A stretch of DNA of 64,000 bases, from NCBI GenBank assembly GCA_013824245.1, contig PNNN01000011.1, positions 43,396-107,395 on the forward strand, in the 5' to 3' direction. The DNA comes from Chlorobiaceae bacterium. GTDB taxonomy: Bacteria; Bacteroidota; Ignavibacteria; UBA10030; SZUA-254. Of this stretch, positions 1-10,146 are shown piece by piece. The position numbers and the translations under genes are program-made. Under the pieces are notes generated by a model, which had not been told where the DNA came from, did no database searches, and worked only from the letters and a program-made list of their open reading frames with translations. Position 1 is the stretch's first letter. Each line of letters opens with the position of its first letter.

Positions 1-54
1 CGCGATCCGCATGAAAAAAGAATACACAGACCACATGAGTCGTCTCCCGCTTGA
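1..54 (+). CDS. 3' end of an upstream gene (partial; probably a cbb3 oxidase component such as ccoNO or ccoQ)
   Basis: Frame 1 is open from the window edge to a TGA at 52-54, directly upstream of ccoP. Identity is inferred from operon context only. Confidence 0.25.
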   Translation, partial: RDPHEKRIHRPHESSPA

Positions 55-84
55 TGAAATTCAGAATTCGGAAAGGATTTAATT

Positions 85-924
85 ATGCAAATAAAATTGC
101 TAAAAATATTTTTGATAATGTTTCTCCTCTCCCTTTTTTACAGTTCTGTTTTACTCGCTCAAACTCCCGATAGCGGTACCGAAACAGCTTTAATTGTTAC
201 CGGCATACTCACCGCATTTTTTGTGATAATTATTTTCTTTGTCATCTTTGTTCTTGAAGGAAACATAGAACCGATTGTAACATTATTCCATGCTGCCTGG
301 GCATATGTTGTACCGCAATCAACTGAAAAGGCAATCCAGATGGATGAAGACTTCGACGGTATAACCGAATTGGATAACAGGATTCCCCCGTGGTTTAATT
401 ATCTTTTTGGCGCGACGATAATCTTCGCGGTTGTTTATATGATCAGTTATCACGTTCTCAAAACAAGTCCATTGCCGCATGACGAATTTTCAGATGAACT
501 TGCCTCGGCTGATTTGATGCGGCGCGTCCGCATGGCATCGGAAGGTGAGATCAATGAAGATAAGTTGGTCGCGCTCAAAGATGATGCTTCGCTGAAGGAA
601 GGGATGGAAAAATTTAAAAAGAACTGCGTCAGTTGTCACGGCAGTGAAGGGGGTGGAATTGTGGGACCCAACCTTGCGGATCAACATTGGATCCACGGCG
701 GCAGTGTAAAAAATATTTTTGCCACGATTAAAAATGGAGTGCCCGAAAAAGGAATGATCAGTTGGAAACTCGTATTCACTCCTAAAGAAATCCAGCAGAT
801 CGCATCGTATATTCTTACATTGCAGGGAACAAACCCGCCGGGCGGAAAACCGCCGGAAGGCAATTTGTGGGTAGAACCGATAATTGAAGAAAGTGATTCT
901 GTAAAAATTGCTGTGAAATCGTGA
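85..924 (+). CDS. ccoP: cbb3-type cytochrome c oxidase subunit III (CcoP/FixP-like, monoheme variant with N-terminal membrane extension)
   Basis: N-terminal TM segments. The CcoP signature DEDFDGITELDNRIPPWFNYLFG is present. There is a single CVSCH haem-binding motif with downstream GPNL...WIHGG...ISW motifs typical of CcoP c-domains. Confidence 0.8.
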   Translation: MQIKLLKIFLIMFLLSLFYSSVLLAQTPDSGTETALIVTGILTAFFVIIIFFVIFVLEGNIEPIVTLFHAAWAYVVPQSTEKAIQMDEDFDGITELDNRIPPWFNYLFGATIIFAVVYMISYHVLKTSPLPHDEFSDELASADLMRRVRMASEGEINEDKLVALKDDASLKEGMEKFKKNCVSCHGSEGGGIVGPNLADQHWIHGGSVKNIFATIKNGVPEKGMISWKLVFTPKEIQQIASYILTLQGTNPPGGKPPEGNLWVEPIIEESDSVKIAVKS

Positions 925-2342
925 CAGAAACTGAAACAACAAATTCTCCGACATCCGAAACTTCTTTCCGCGACCAACTCGGAATAGTTTCAAAAGAAGG
1001 AAAGCGTAAATGGATTTACTCAAAAAAACCAAACGGCAAATTTCATACCGGGCGTATTCTCTTTAGCTGGTTCCTTCTCGCGATTCTTTTTGTTACTCCA
1101 TTTCTGCGTTTCAACGGTCATCCGATTATGCTTTTTGATATAACGGAGCGGAAATTTATTGTATTCGGTTTAATCTTCGGACCGCACGATTATATTCTTT
1201 TCGCGCTCGCAATGATCTCGGCAATCGTTTTCATTTTTTTATTTACCGTAGTGTTCGGTCGCTTATTCTGTGGATGGATATGTCCGCAAACCGTTTTTAT
1301 GGAAATGGTTTTCCGTAAAGTGGATTATTGGATTGAAGGAGGGCCGCCTCAACAAAAGCGGTTGAATGAATCTTCGATGACCATTAAAAAATTTTTCAAA
1401 AAGATTTTCAAGCATGGAATCTATTTTACGTTATCGTTTCTCATTGCCAATATGCTTCTTGCCTGGATTATTGGTTCCGACAAATTATTGAAAATCATTT
1501 CCGCGACTCCATCAGAACATTTAGGCGGATTTATTGCAATCGTTATATTCACCGGAGTTTTTCACTGGATTTTCGGCTGGTTCCGCGAACAAGCGTGCAT
1601 TCTCGTTTGTCCATACGGCAGATTGCAAGGAGTCTTGCTTGATAGAAATTCAATAGTGATAGCATATGATTTTATTCGGGGAGAACCGAGAGGAAAGTTC
1701 AAAAAAGGAGAAGAAAGAACAAACGGTGACTGCATCGATTGTCATCAATGCGTGGATGTTTGCCCGACGGGAATCGACATTCGGAACGGCACACAGCTTG
1801 AGTGTATAAACTGCACGGCTTGCATTGATGCTTGTGATTCGATTATGGATTCGGTTGAAAAACCGCGGGGACTTATCCGGTACGACTCTATCGAAGGGAT
1901 CGAAAAGAAAATCCGCACGCTTCTTACGCCGCGGAGTATCGGGTATTCGATTGTGCTGATAATTCTAATTTCGCTTCTCACATATCTTGTTGCCACCCGC
2001 TCTGATATCGATGTTACAATTCTCCGCACAGCGGGAATGTTTTATCAGGAACAACCGGACGATTATATAAGCAATCTTTATGATGTGAAGGCATTGAATA
2101 AAACTTTTGAATCTGTGCCGTTATCGTTTAAGTTGAAAAATGTTGACGGAATAATTTCCGTACTCGGAGATTCTTTAAATGTAAAAACTCAAGAATCGGT
2201 TTCGGCAAAATTGTTCATTATACTGAAACGCGATCAAATAAAATCGATGAATACACCGCTACAAATTGAAATACTACGAAATGGTGAGACTGCACAAATT
2301 GTTGAAACATCTTTTTTAGGACCGGTTGGGAAAAAGGAATAG
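921..2342 (+). CDS. ccoG: cytochrome c oxidase accessory protein CcoG/FixG (4Fe-4S ferredoxin-type)
   Basis: GTG start overlaps the ccoP stop (coupling). The conserved N-terminus is RKWIYSKKP...FHTGR. Two ferredoxin cysteine clusters (CIDCHQCVDVCP, CINCTACIDAC) and TM helices are present. Confidence 0.9.
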   Translation: MTETETTNSPTSETSFRDQLGIVSKEGKRKWIYSKKPNGKFHTGRILFSWFLLAILFVTPFLRFNGHPIMLFDITERKFIVFGLIFGPHDYILFALAMISAIVFIFLFTVVFGRLFCGWICPQTVFMEMVFRKVDYWIEGGPPQQKRLNESSMTIKKFFKKIFKHGIYFTLSFLIANMLLAWIIGSDKLLKIISATPSEHLGGFIAIVIFTGVFHWIFGWFREQACILVCPYGRLQGVLLDRNSIVIAYDFIRGEPRGKFKKGEERTNGDCIDCHQCVDVCPTGIDIRNGTQLECINCTACIDACDSIMDSVEKPRGLIRYDSIEGIEKKIRTLLTPRSIGYSIVLIILISLLTYLVATRSDIDVTILRTAGMFYQEQPDDYISNLYDVKALNKTFESVPLSFKLKNVDGIISVLGDSLNVKTQESVSAKLFIILKRDQIKSMNTPLQIEILRNGETAQIVETSFLGPVGKKE

Positions 2343-2345
2343 TTG

Positions 2346-2789
2346 ATGAAATTTAATTGGGGTTTCGGAATTGCATTAGTTGTTGTAATATTTGCGATTG
2401 GTATCGGGTTTCTGGTTTATATTGCCGCAAGTCAGAAGGTCGATCTGGTTGCCGACGATTATTACGAACAGGAATTGAAGCATCAGGATCGTATCGATGA
2501 ATCGAGACGGTCGGCTGATCTCAAAGAAAAAATCGTACTACACACCGCAGATTCGGAACTGCAAATTATCTTTCCTGCTTTTTTTGCCAACAAAAAAATT
2601 ACAGGTTCGCTAACTCTCTATCGTCCATCCGATAGAAAGCGGGACATTATGATTCCGTTAGTTCTCGACTCGGCGAATTCTCAAACAATTCTTACCTCGT
2701 CGTTTGATAAAGGTTTGTGGCGACTGAAAACCGCATGGGAGTTTGAGGGAGAAAAATATTATTATGAAGAAGTAGTTGTAATTCAATGA
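2346..2789 (+). CDS. FixH/CcoH-like protein
   Basis: About 148 aa with a single N-terminal TM helix. It lies immediately after ccoG at a tightly packed junction. The call rests on position plus architecture, and sequence similarity is weak. Confidence 0.6.
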   Translation: MKFNWGFGIALVVVIFAIGIGFLVYIAASQKVDLVADDYYEQELKHQDRIDESRRSADLKEKIVLHTADSELQIIFPAFFANKKITGSLTLYRPSDRKRDIMIPLVLDSANSQTILTSSFDKGLWRLKTAWEFEGEKYYYEEVVVIQ

Positions 2790-2799
2790 TGAGATTTCG

Positions 2800-3507
2800 A
2801 TGGAGTTAATCACAGGTTTCATATTCGGGATTTTGGGAAGTTTGCACTGCATAGGCATGTGCGGACCAATTGTTTTGGCGTTGCCTGTAGGTGAGCAATC
2901 GACCTTAAAATTCACATTTGGAAGAACATTGTATCATCTTGGCAGAGTAATAAGTTACGCGCTCATGGGTATTGCTGTAGGATTGGTGGGAGGGAAACTG
3001 CTTCTCCCAATATTTCAACAAAATCTTTCGATAATCGTAGGGGCGCTTCTCGTTCTTACCGTATTGTTTCCGAAAGTGGTTAGATCAACAAAGTATCTTC
3101 AAAAAATATTCGATCCGGTTACTCAAAAACTTACAGTGATGATCGGCAAACTATTGCAAAGTAAAAATATTGCTTCCATGCTCACGCTTGGATTTTTAAA
3201 CGGATTTCTTCCGTGCGGGTTTGTTTATATGGCAATATCAACGGCGGCAGTTACAGGTGGTTTGCTTGCCGGAATGCTGTTCATGATCGGTTTCGGTTTT
3301 GGAACAATTCCATCGATGCTTACTGTATCCTTTTTCCCCAAACTTATTTCCGCAAATTTCAGATTGAAAATTGTAAAATTTCTTCCCGCACTTCAGGTTA
3401 TCATCGGATTATTGTTAATTATTCGGGGACTGAATTTGGGGATACCATATCTAAGCCCAAAACTTGCGAAGATGATTCCCACAGATGGCGGAGGGTGCTG
3501 CCATTAG
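2800..3507 (+). CDS. DsbD_2 / sulfite-exporter TauE-SafE-like polytopic membrane protein with HCxxMCGP and C-terminal GGGCCH metal-binding motifs
   Basis: HCIGMCGP near the N-terminus, LPCG mid-protein and about six TM helices. This family sits downstream of fixH in Bacteroidetes cco clusters. Confidence 0.6.
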   Translation: MELITGFIFGILGSLHCIGMCGPIVLALPVGEQSTLKFTFGRTLYHLGRVISYALMGIAVGLVGGKLLLPIFQQNLSIIVGALLVLTVLFPKVVRSTKYLQKIFDPVTQKLTVMIGKLLQSKNIASMLTLGFLNGFLPCGFVYMAISTAAVTGGLLAGMLFMIGFGFGTIPSMLTVSFFPKLISANFRLKIVKFLPALQVIIGLLLIIRGLNLGIPYLSPKLAKMIPTDGGGCCH

Positions 3508-3797
3508 TTTGAATTGTGATTTATAGGATTATGGATTACCTTGATTATATAATCGTTGTCATCCTTTAATCATGAGAATCATGGTTAGATAAAAAAAGAG
3601 TGCTCGCGGAACTCATTATTCCAAATAATCGTTATTGTTCTTGAATTTGGGTTGCTTACGAGTTATTTTTTTCGTAATATCCTTAATCTAAAATCACCCT
3701 TTTAAGTCCGATAATTGTTTCTTCTGTAACATATGCAGAGGAATATTTTGATAAAGATGTTTCTGTTGATGATAAGTTGAGATAAACTCCGCATGAT

Positions 3798-4367
3798 ATG
3801 AAGAAATCGCTTTTAGATTATACGCTCCGCATTCGGCTTCCAATCGTACTGTTTGTCGCTGTAGCCGTATCGGTGATTACGTACTTTGTTTCGCGAGCCG
3901 AGCGTGATGGTGTTGGTTACGCGCCGGTTCAGCCGATTGCCTTCTCGCATAAACTCCATGCGGGTACGATGCGGATTGATTGTAAATATTGCCATACCGG
4001 AGTAACATCTTCTCCCAACGCTATGGTGCCGCCCGCGAGCACCTGCATGAACTGCCACAGCGTTGCGCGCAAGAACAAACCCGAAATTATAAAGCTTACG
4101 AAATTTTATCAGGACAGCACCGCAATTCCATGGAAACGAGTTCATAAAGTTCCCGATTATGCTTACTTCAACCACAGCGCGCATGTGAATAAGGGAATAG
4201 ATTGCGCTAACTGTCATGGAAAAGTTGAGAACATGGATGTCGTTCAGCAAGTGTCTGAATTTACTATGGCGGCGTGTTTGAATTGCCACCGCAACGCCAC
4301 GACTCAATTAACGAATGTCCTGAATATTAAAAATGGTCCCACAAACTGTTCAGCGTGTCATCGATGA
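3798..4367 (+). CDS. actA: alternative complex III subunit ActA (pentahaem cytochrome c)
   Basis: N-terminal TM anchor plus five CxxCH motifs (CKYCH, CMNCH, CANCH, CLNCH, CSACH). First gene of the actABCDEF-order cluster. Confidence 0.9.
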   Translation: MKKSLLDYTLRIRLPIVLFVAVAVSVITYFVSRAERDGVGYAPVQPIAFSHKLHAGTMRIDCKYCHTGVTSSPNAMVPPASTCMNCHSVARKNKPEIIKLTKFYQDSTAIPWKRVHKVPDYAYFNHSAHVNKGIDCANCHGKVENMDVVQQVSEFTMAACLNCHRNATTQLTNVLNIKNGPTNCSACHR

Positions 4368-4555
4368 TTATGAAGAATGAAATAAAGCGGCGTAAATTTT
4401 TCGGATACATCCTTGGCGGATTAGCCGGCGGGATATTTTCGGCGAATGCAACTTCACTGATCGCTAAAACAAAGAAGATTTTTAAATCGGAAGAGAAAAT
4501 TGTCGTGAAGCAAAATCCTTTAGCGGTTCCGCGAAAGAAAGATGAAGCACGTTAA
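4364..4555 (+). CDS. small ORF encoding a canonical twin-arginine (Tat) signal-like peptide / single-TM micro-protein
   Basis: Its ATG overlaps the actA stop (ATGA), and its 3' end overlaps the actB start by 14 nt. The encoded peptide is MIMKNEIKRRKFFGYILGGLAGGIFSANATSLIAKTKK...: an n-region, an RRKFF motif, a hydrophobic h-region and a charged tail. Confidence 0.35.
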   Translation: MIMKNEIKRRKFFGYILGGLAGGIFSANATSLIAKTKKIFKSEEKIVVKQNPLAVPRKKDEAR

Positions 4556-7500
4556 GATGCCTAACGATAAAAAATACTGGAAGAGTTTAAGCGAATATCA
4601 GGATGAGGGCGCATCACGCCCGATGAAAGAGAATGAATTCATCGATGGTGCTACAGAGGAGTTCGGACTTTCGAATCTTTCGCCGATCTCGCGCAAAAAG
4701 TTTATTGCGCTTCTTTCCGCATCTACCGCTTTTGCCATGGCGGGATGCAGCAATTATAAAGACCGCGGAGAGATAGTTCCTTACAGTAAAAAGCCGGAAA
4801 ATGTTACGCCCGGTGTCGCGAACTACTATGCTTCAACTTGCAATGGATGCAGTCAGTCGTGTGGAATCTTGATCAAAACCCGAGAAGGCAGACCAATCAA
4901 AGTTGATGGAAATCCTGATCATCCTATCAATCGTGGAAAAATTTGCGCAAAAGGACAAGCGGGTATCCTGAATTTATACGACCCGTACAGATTACGCGCA
5001 CCGCAATATGGGACAGCTTCGGGGCGATTGGAAGACCTATCATGGCAAATTGCGGACGCTGAAGTGATTAAGAAATTAGAGGAATCAGTCAAGAGTGGAA
5101 AAGAGATAGCCATCGTTGCTCATTCAATTTACTCACCGACAACAAAAAAAGTTTTAGATGATTTTTCGGCTAAATATCCGACTACAAAAATTTATACTTA
5201 CGATATTTTGAATGACGAAAACCGAAAGCACGCATGGAGTAAAAGTTACGGAACAACTAACTTGCCTGTGATAGAATGGGAGAAAGCAAAAGTTATATTA
5301 GCACTTGAAGCAGACTTCCTCGGAACCGATGGCATGACAGTTGAGCAAACACGAAAGTATGCCGATGGGCGAGACATCATGAAGTCGAAAGAGTTCAATC
5401 GACTTTATTCTGTTGAAGGAACAATGTCGTTAACCGGCGCGAATGCTGACTATCGATTGTGTCTCAGTCCCGATGCTCAACTTGAATTTGTTCTCGTCCT
5501 GATTGATGAAATCTCTAAAAAGATTGGTATCATCAACGCTCTTCCGCTAAGTGGTTCCCTCAAATCGTTCATGAATAAATATTTACTCGATGAAAATATC
5601 ATCAATCATCTCATCGAAGATTTACTGAAAAATCATGGTCAGTCTATCGTCTATGCCGGGAATATTTTATCCGAAGAGATTCACGTTGCGGTCAATTATC
5701 TGAATGAAATTCTCGGTAATGCGAAATTATATCACCCAAACCAAACTTTAACATCTTTAGTAACCTTAACAGAACCAAAGGAGTTTGAGAATCTTGTCGG
5801 TAAGATGAGATCGGGAAATGTCGGTGTTGTGATTCATTTTGATACAAATCCTGTCTATCATTTTCCGATAGATTTCGGTTACGAACAGGCAATGAAATTT
5901 GTTCCGCTGATTGTAAGTTTAGTCGAAACTGATAATGAGACATCGCGTTTATCTAATTTTGTTCTGCCAATCAATCACGCATTCGAATCTTGGGGTGATT
6001 ACCAAATACGAACGGGCATTTATTCGTTTCAACAACCGGTTATTGCTCCTCTATATAATACACGACAGAAGGAATCGATCCTATTAACATGGATTAGCGG
6101 TAAAGATTCTTATAAAGATACAATCTATCATGAATATTTGATGAACAGGTGGCAAAAGGAACTGTTCCCGTCGCTCGACAGAAAAGTAGATTTTAAATCG
6201 TTCTGGTATTCTTCTCTTCACGACGGAGTTGTGGAATATGACCGCGCGGCAAAAAATAATTACAGCTTCAACAAAGGATCGCTTTCTTCGATTGCACTAA
6301 TGCAAAGTACATCGGGGTTCACCGTTGCTTTGACCGAAAGTTATTTCATGGGTGATGGACGATTTACTAATAACGGATGGCTTCAGGAGCTTCCGCATCC
6401 TGTTTCAAAAATCGTCTGGGATAATTATGCGGCAATCTCACCTAAAAGTGCAAAAGATTTGAATATTGAAAACAACGATCTAGTTGAGATAAAAATTTCG
6501 GACAGGAAAGCAATGTTACCCATATTTTTACAACCCGGACAAGCAGATAATTTAATTTCAATCGCACTTGGCTATGGAAGAAGGAACGCCGGACCAATTG
6601 GGACAGATGTTGGTGTGAATGGAAATCTTTTGCTCTCTAAAGAATCCATTGCTGCATCTCGAATTCTCCAAGGCGCTGTAATTCGAAAAGTAGAAGGGAA
6701 GCATGAACTCGTTTCCACGCAGGAACATCATTCGCTTGATGATGAGTTTGTAAAAGATCTCCATCATAAACGGAAAATCATTCAAGAGGGAACGCTTGGA
6801 AAATACGAAAAGAATCCGAACTTCCTTCATGAAGAAAAACATGAATTGTTCAACATTGCCAAGACCGTCGAATATAACGGCGTTAAGTGGGCGATGGCAA
6901 TCGATCTTAACAAATGCACGGGCTGTAATGTTTGCGTTGCAGGATGTAACGTTGAGAACAATATTCCAGTCGTTGGAAAAGAGCAGGTAGGCAAAGGGCG
7001 CGAGATGCAGTGGATTCGCATCGACCGCTATTATTCCGGCACGAATGAAAATCCGTCGCTCAGTCATCAGCCGATGCTTTGCCAGCATTGCGATAATGCG
7101 CCGTGCGAAAATGTTTGCCCGGTTGTTGCCACAAACCACAGCCCCGACGGATTGAATCAAATGGTTTACAACCGTTGTGTCGGTACGAAATATTGTTCGA
7201 ATAACTGTCCGTATAAAGTACGCCGCTTCAACTTCTTTAACTGGCGCGATAATTTAGCAGATGGATATTACGAAGAAGAACCGATCAGCTTATCGCACAA
7301 TCCGGAAGTTACAATTAGGTCACGCGGCGTGATGGAAAAATGTACATTCTGCATTCAACGCATCATGGAGGCGCGTCAACATGCAACTGAACAGGGAAAA
7401 GTTTTAGTTGGAACCGATGTAAAAACTGCCTGCGAAGAAGCATGCCCTGCGTCGGCAATAATTTTTGGAGATATGAACGACCCGGGTTCAGAAATATCAA

Positions 7501-7610
7501 AATACCGGAAGCATGAACTTGGTTACCATGTATTAGAAGAAGTAAATGCCAAACCCAACGTAACATACCTTGCCCGGCTGAGGAATGTTAATGAGGAGAA
7601 AACTGCGTGA
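4542..7610 (+). CDS. actB: alternative complex III subunit ActB (fused B1/B2: molybdopterin-like domain plus 4Fe-4S ferredoxin domain)
   Basis: N-terminus [10 protein letters not shown]... is typical of Bacteroidetes ActB. An internal [20 protein letters not shown] Tat/lipobox-like segment is present. C-terminal FeS cysteine clusters are present ([46 protein letters not shown]). Confidence 0.9.
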   Translation: MKHVKMPNDKKYWKSLSEYQDEGASRPMKENEFIDGATEEFGLSNLSPISRKKFIALLSASTAFAMAGCSNYKDRGEIVPYSKKPENVTPGVANYYASTCNGCSQSCGILIKTREGRPIKVDGNPDHPINRGKICAKGQAGILNLYDPYRLRAPQYGTASGRLEDLSWQIADAEVIKKLEESVKSGKEIAIVAHSIYSPTTKKVLDDFSAKYPTTKIYTYDILNDENRKHAWSKSYGTTNLPVIEWEKAKVILALEADFLGTDGMTVEQTRKYADGRDIMKSKEFNRLYSVEGTMSLTGANADYRLCLSPDAQLEFVLVLIDEISKKIGIINALPLSGSLKSFMNKYLLDENIINHLIEDLLKNHGQSIVYAGNILSEEIHVAVNYLNEILGNAKLYHPNQTLTSLVTLTEPKEFENLVGKMRSGNVGVVIHFDTNPVYHFPIDFGYEQAMKFVPLIVSLVETDNETSRLSNFVLPINHAFESWGDYQIRTGIYSFQQPVIAPLYNTRQKESILLTWISGKDSYKDTIYHEYLMNRWQKELFPSLDRKVDFKSFWYSSLHDGVVEYDRAAKNNYSFNKGSLSSIALMQSTSGFTVALTESYFMGDGRFTNNGWLQELPHPVSKIVWDNYAAISPKSAKDLNIENNDLVEIKISDRKAMLPIFLQPGQADNLISIALGYGRRNAGPIGTDVGVNGNLLLSKESIAASRILQGAVIRKVEGKHELVSTQEHHSLDDEFVKDLHHKRKIIQEGTLGKYEKNPNFLHEEKHELFNIAKTVEYNGVKWAMAIDLNKCTGCNVCVAGCNVENNIPVVGKEQVGKGREMQWIRIDRYYSGTNENPSLSHQPMLCQHCDNAPCENVCPVVATNHSPDGLNQMVYNRCVGTKYCSNNCPYKVRRFNFFNWRDNLADGYYEEEPISLSHNPEVTIRSRGVMEKCTFCIQRIMEARQHATEQGKVLVGTDVKTACEEACPASAIIFGDMNDPGSEISKYRKHELGYHVLEEVNAKPNVTYLARLRNVNEEKTA

Positions 7611-8974
7611 GCACGACGGTGATTGATTATACGAAAGAACTACCTGTTGTTGAAGGACGACCCACTGCATCGCAGATTGAAGTTGTTGTCACCGCTCCAC
7701 TCGATCAATTCCCGCCGCGTAAATGGTGGTATGCTTTTGCGGTTACACTTTCGATGCTTTCGATTGGCGGATTTTGTATTGGTATGTCTCTTTATAAAGG
7801 ATTGGGACTCTGGGGAGTTAACCAACCTGTTGGCTGGGGATTCGATATAGTGAACTTTGTCTTCTGGGTGGGAATCGGTCATGCTGGAACATTGATATCA
7901 GCAATTTTATTTTTACTCCGACAAAGATGGCGGACAGGCATCGCACGTTTCGCAGAAGCTATGACCATCTTTGCAGTTATGTGCGCCGGATTATTTCCGC
8001 TAATGCACACAGGAAGACAATGGCTTCCGATGTATTTGACTCCATATCCCAACCAACACGGACTGTGGGTGAACTTTACATCGCCATTATTGTGGGATGT
8101 GTTTGCAGTCTCAACTTATTTTACTGTGTCGTTAGTGTTTTGGTATTTGGGATTGATTCCCGACTTGGCAACTTTGCGCGACAGAACAACGAGCAAGATC
8201 AAAAAAACAATCTATTCGATCTTCAGTTTGGGATGGCGCCATTCTAACCGGCATTGGCAGCATTACGAACGCGCATATCTGATACTCGCGGGCTTTGCAA
8301 CTCCGCTGGTTCTCTCAGTTCATACAATAGTGAGTTTCGATTTTGCAGTATCTGTGATACCGGGATGGCATACAACAATTTTTCCGCCATACTTTGTGGC
8401 AGGCGCGGTCTTCTCCGGCTTTGCGATGGTGCAAAATGTTTTAATTTTTGTCAGACAATATTTCAATCTCAAACATATCATCACGTTAGATCATCTTGAA
8501 AAGATGAACAAAGTCATGGTACTCACAGGTAGTATGGTTGGATATGCGTACGCGATGGAATTCTTCATCGCCTGGTACAGTGGAAGCCAATTTGAAACAT
8601 TCGTCTTTTTGAATCGCGCGCTCGGTCCATATTCGTGGGCATACTGGACAATGGTAAGTTGTAACGTAATTTTCCCACAACTTTTCTGGATCAAGAAAAT
8701 CAGGCGTTCTATTCCGGCTATGTTTCTTATCGGGATTACAGTCAATATCGGCATGTGGTTCGAAAGATTTGTCATTGTTGTAACATCGCTTTCAAGAGAT
8801 TTCCTGCCGTCGAGTTGGGGGCATTACACTCCGACGCTTTACGATGCCGGATTATTCCTCGGTAGTTTTGGTTTATTCTTCACACTGATTTTGATTTTTG
8901 TGAGAGTATTACCTGTTGTCTCAATATCGGAAGTAAAGGCGGTTGTCGAGGGAGCGCAGCCGAGTCATCATTAA
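7607..8974 (+). CDS. actC: alternative complex III subunit ActC (NrfD/PsrC-like polytopic quinol-interacting membrane subunit)
   Basis: About 455 aa and roughly 10 TM helices. It overlaps the actB stop and sits at the expected operon position. Confidence 0.85.
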   Translation: MSTTVIDYTKELPVVEGRPTASQIEVVVTAPLDQFPPRKWWYAFAVTLSMLSIGGFCIGMSLYKGLGLWGVNQPVGWGFDIVNFVFWVGIGHAGTLISAILFLLRQRWRTGIARFAEAMTIFAVMCAGLFPLMHTGRQWLPMYLTPYPNQHGLWVNFTSPLLWDVFAVSTYFTVSLVFWYLGLIPDLATLRDRTTSKIKKTIYSIFSLGWRHSNRHWQHYERAYLILAGFATPLVLSVHTIVSFDFAVSVIPGWHTTIFPPYFVAGAVFSGFAMVQNVLIFVRQYFNLKHIITLDHLEKMNKVMVLTGSMVGYAYAMEFFIAWYSGSQFETFVFLNRALGPYSWAYWTMVSCNVIFPQLFWIKKIRRSIPAMFLIGITVNIGMWFERFVIVVTSLSRDFLPSSWGHYTPTLYDAGLFLGSFGLFFTLILIFVRVLPVVSISEVKAVVEGAQPSHH

Positions 8975-8980
8975 AAAAGT

Positions 8981-10120
8981 ATGAGTACAAAACAATTATA
9001 TTCTATAACAGCGCTTTTCGATTCACCGGATGAAATTATCCATGCGGCGTCAGAGACGAGTAAAGCGGGTTACACTAAGTACGATGTGAATACGCCTTAT
9101 CCGGTTCACGGAATGGATGGAGCGATGCAGTTGAAGCCGTCGCGCCTCGGATTTTTTGCAATGGCGTTCGGGTTGCTTGGAGCGGTTTCAGCAATTGGTT
9201 TCATGACTTGGGTAACATTAATCGAGTATCCGCTTGTGATTGGTGGTAAACCGTTCTGGTCATGGCCCGCATTTGTGCCGGTTTCGTTTGAACTAACAGT
9301 ACTTCTTGCCTCGGTTCTGTCTGTTGTTGCGATGATCGTTATCTATTTTAAATTTCCGAACAACGCTCATCCGCTTCACGACACAAAATATATGAAGGCA
9401 GTTTCGTCCGATAAATTCGGCATAAATATTCAGGCAGAAGATCCGAAATTTGATGAGAAAGCTGTTACGGAGTTTTTCAAATCACTCGGCGGTAAAGAAA
9501 TTACCCCAGTTTATTTTGATGAAGATGAATTAAGCCACGGTCAAAAATTATTCGATCCTAAATTTATTGGGATATTGGCTGTAGTAGCTGTGATTGCATC
9601 CGGAACAACGTACTTTATATTCAATCAATTAATGTTCATGCCGCCGTTCAACTGGATGATGACGCAGGAGAAATTGAAGGCACAAAAACCGAGCGAGTTA
9701 TTTTCCGATGGTATCGGAATGCGTAATCCGGTTGATGGAACTGTTGCGCGTGGATTTTTACCGTACCCATTTAAGGGGCAGCTCGATTCTGTCGGAAAAT
9801 ATTTAGTGAATCCGTTGTTACCCACAAAAGAAGTTTTGGAAACCGGAAAACAGAAATATCTCACATTTTGCAGTCCATGCCACGGAAATTTTGCGCAAGG
9901 CGACAGTCGCCTTCGGGGACAATTCCCAAATCCGCCTACGCTTCATTCCGATAAAGTACGAAATTGGCACGACGGAAATATCTATCATGTTATCACAGAG
10001 GGACAGAACGTGATGCCGAGTTACGCGCCACAGATTGCACGCGACGACCGCTGGGCAATTATTCATTATCTCCGGGCATTACAACGCGCACAGAACGCAA
10101 AGGAATCCGATTTCAAGTGA
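8981..10120 (+). CDS. actDE: ActD (DUF3341-like) fused to ActE (monohaem cytochrome c)
   Basis: The N-terminal half is ActD-like with TM helices. The C-terminal half carries CSPCHG...MPSY, a class I c-type cytochrome. Confidence 0.75.
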   Translation: MSTKQLYSITALFDSPDEIIHAASETSKAGYTKYDVNTPYPVHGMDGAMQLKPSRLGFFAMAFGLLGAVSAIGFMTWVTLIEYPLVIGGKPFWSWPAFVPVSFELTVLLASVLSVVAMIVIYFKFPNNAHPLHDTKYMKAVSSDKFGINIQAEDPKFDEKAVTEFFKSLGGKEITPVYFDEDELSHGQKLFDPKFIGILAVVAVIASGTTYFIFNQLMFMPPFNWMMTQEKLKAQKPSELFSDGIGMRNPVDGTVARGFLPYPFKGQLDSVGKYLVNPLLPTKEVLETGKQKYLTFCSPCHGNFAQGDSRLRGQFPNPPTLHSDKVRNWHDGNIYHVITEGQNVMPSYAPQIARDDRWAIIHYLRALQRAQNAKESDFK

Positions 10121-10146
10121 TTGAAACTAATTTCCATATCGAACCA

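Noticed and set aside
490-1032. Minus-strand ORFs (490-1032, 681-977, and similar antisense ORFs inside actB at 6558-7160, batC at 33896-34285, the DUF4062-like gene at 21605-21919, and others)
   Set aside because: They lie entirely antisense to strongly supported conserved genes. They have low-complexity or hydrophobic-junk translations and no start or RBS context. They are treated as frame shadows.
4355-7610. Idea that the Tat micro-ORF and actB are one gene split by a frameshift
   Set aside because: The actB frame has stop codons right up to 4523. The canonical Bacteroidetes ActB N-terminus (MxxKKYWKSLxE...) begins at 4542 with its own internal Tat/lipobox-like segment. A simple frameshift fusion would put a signal peptide 60 residues before a second signal-like segment.
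9964-10146. Upstream extension of actF starting at 9964 (MARRKYLSCYHRG...)
   Set aside because: It overlaps the well-supported ActD-ActE C-terminal cytochrome domain in another frame. The conserved ActF N-terminus begins at the ATG at 10147.
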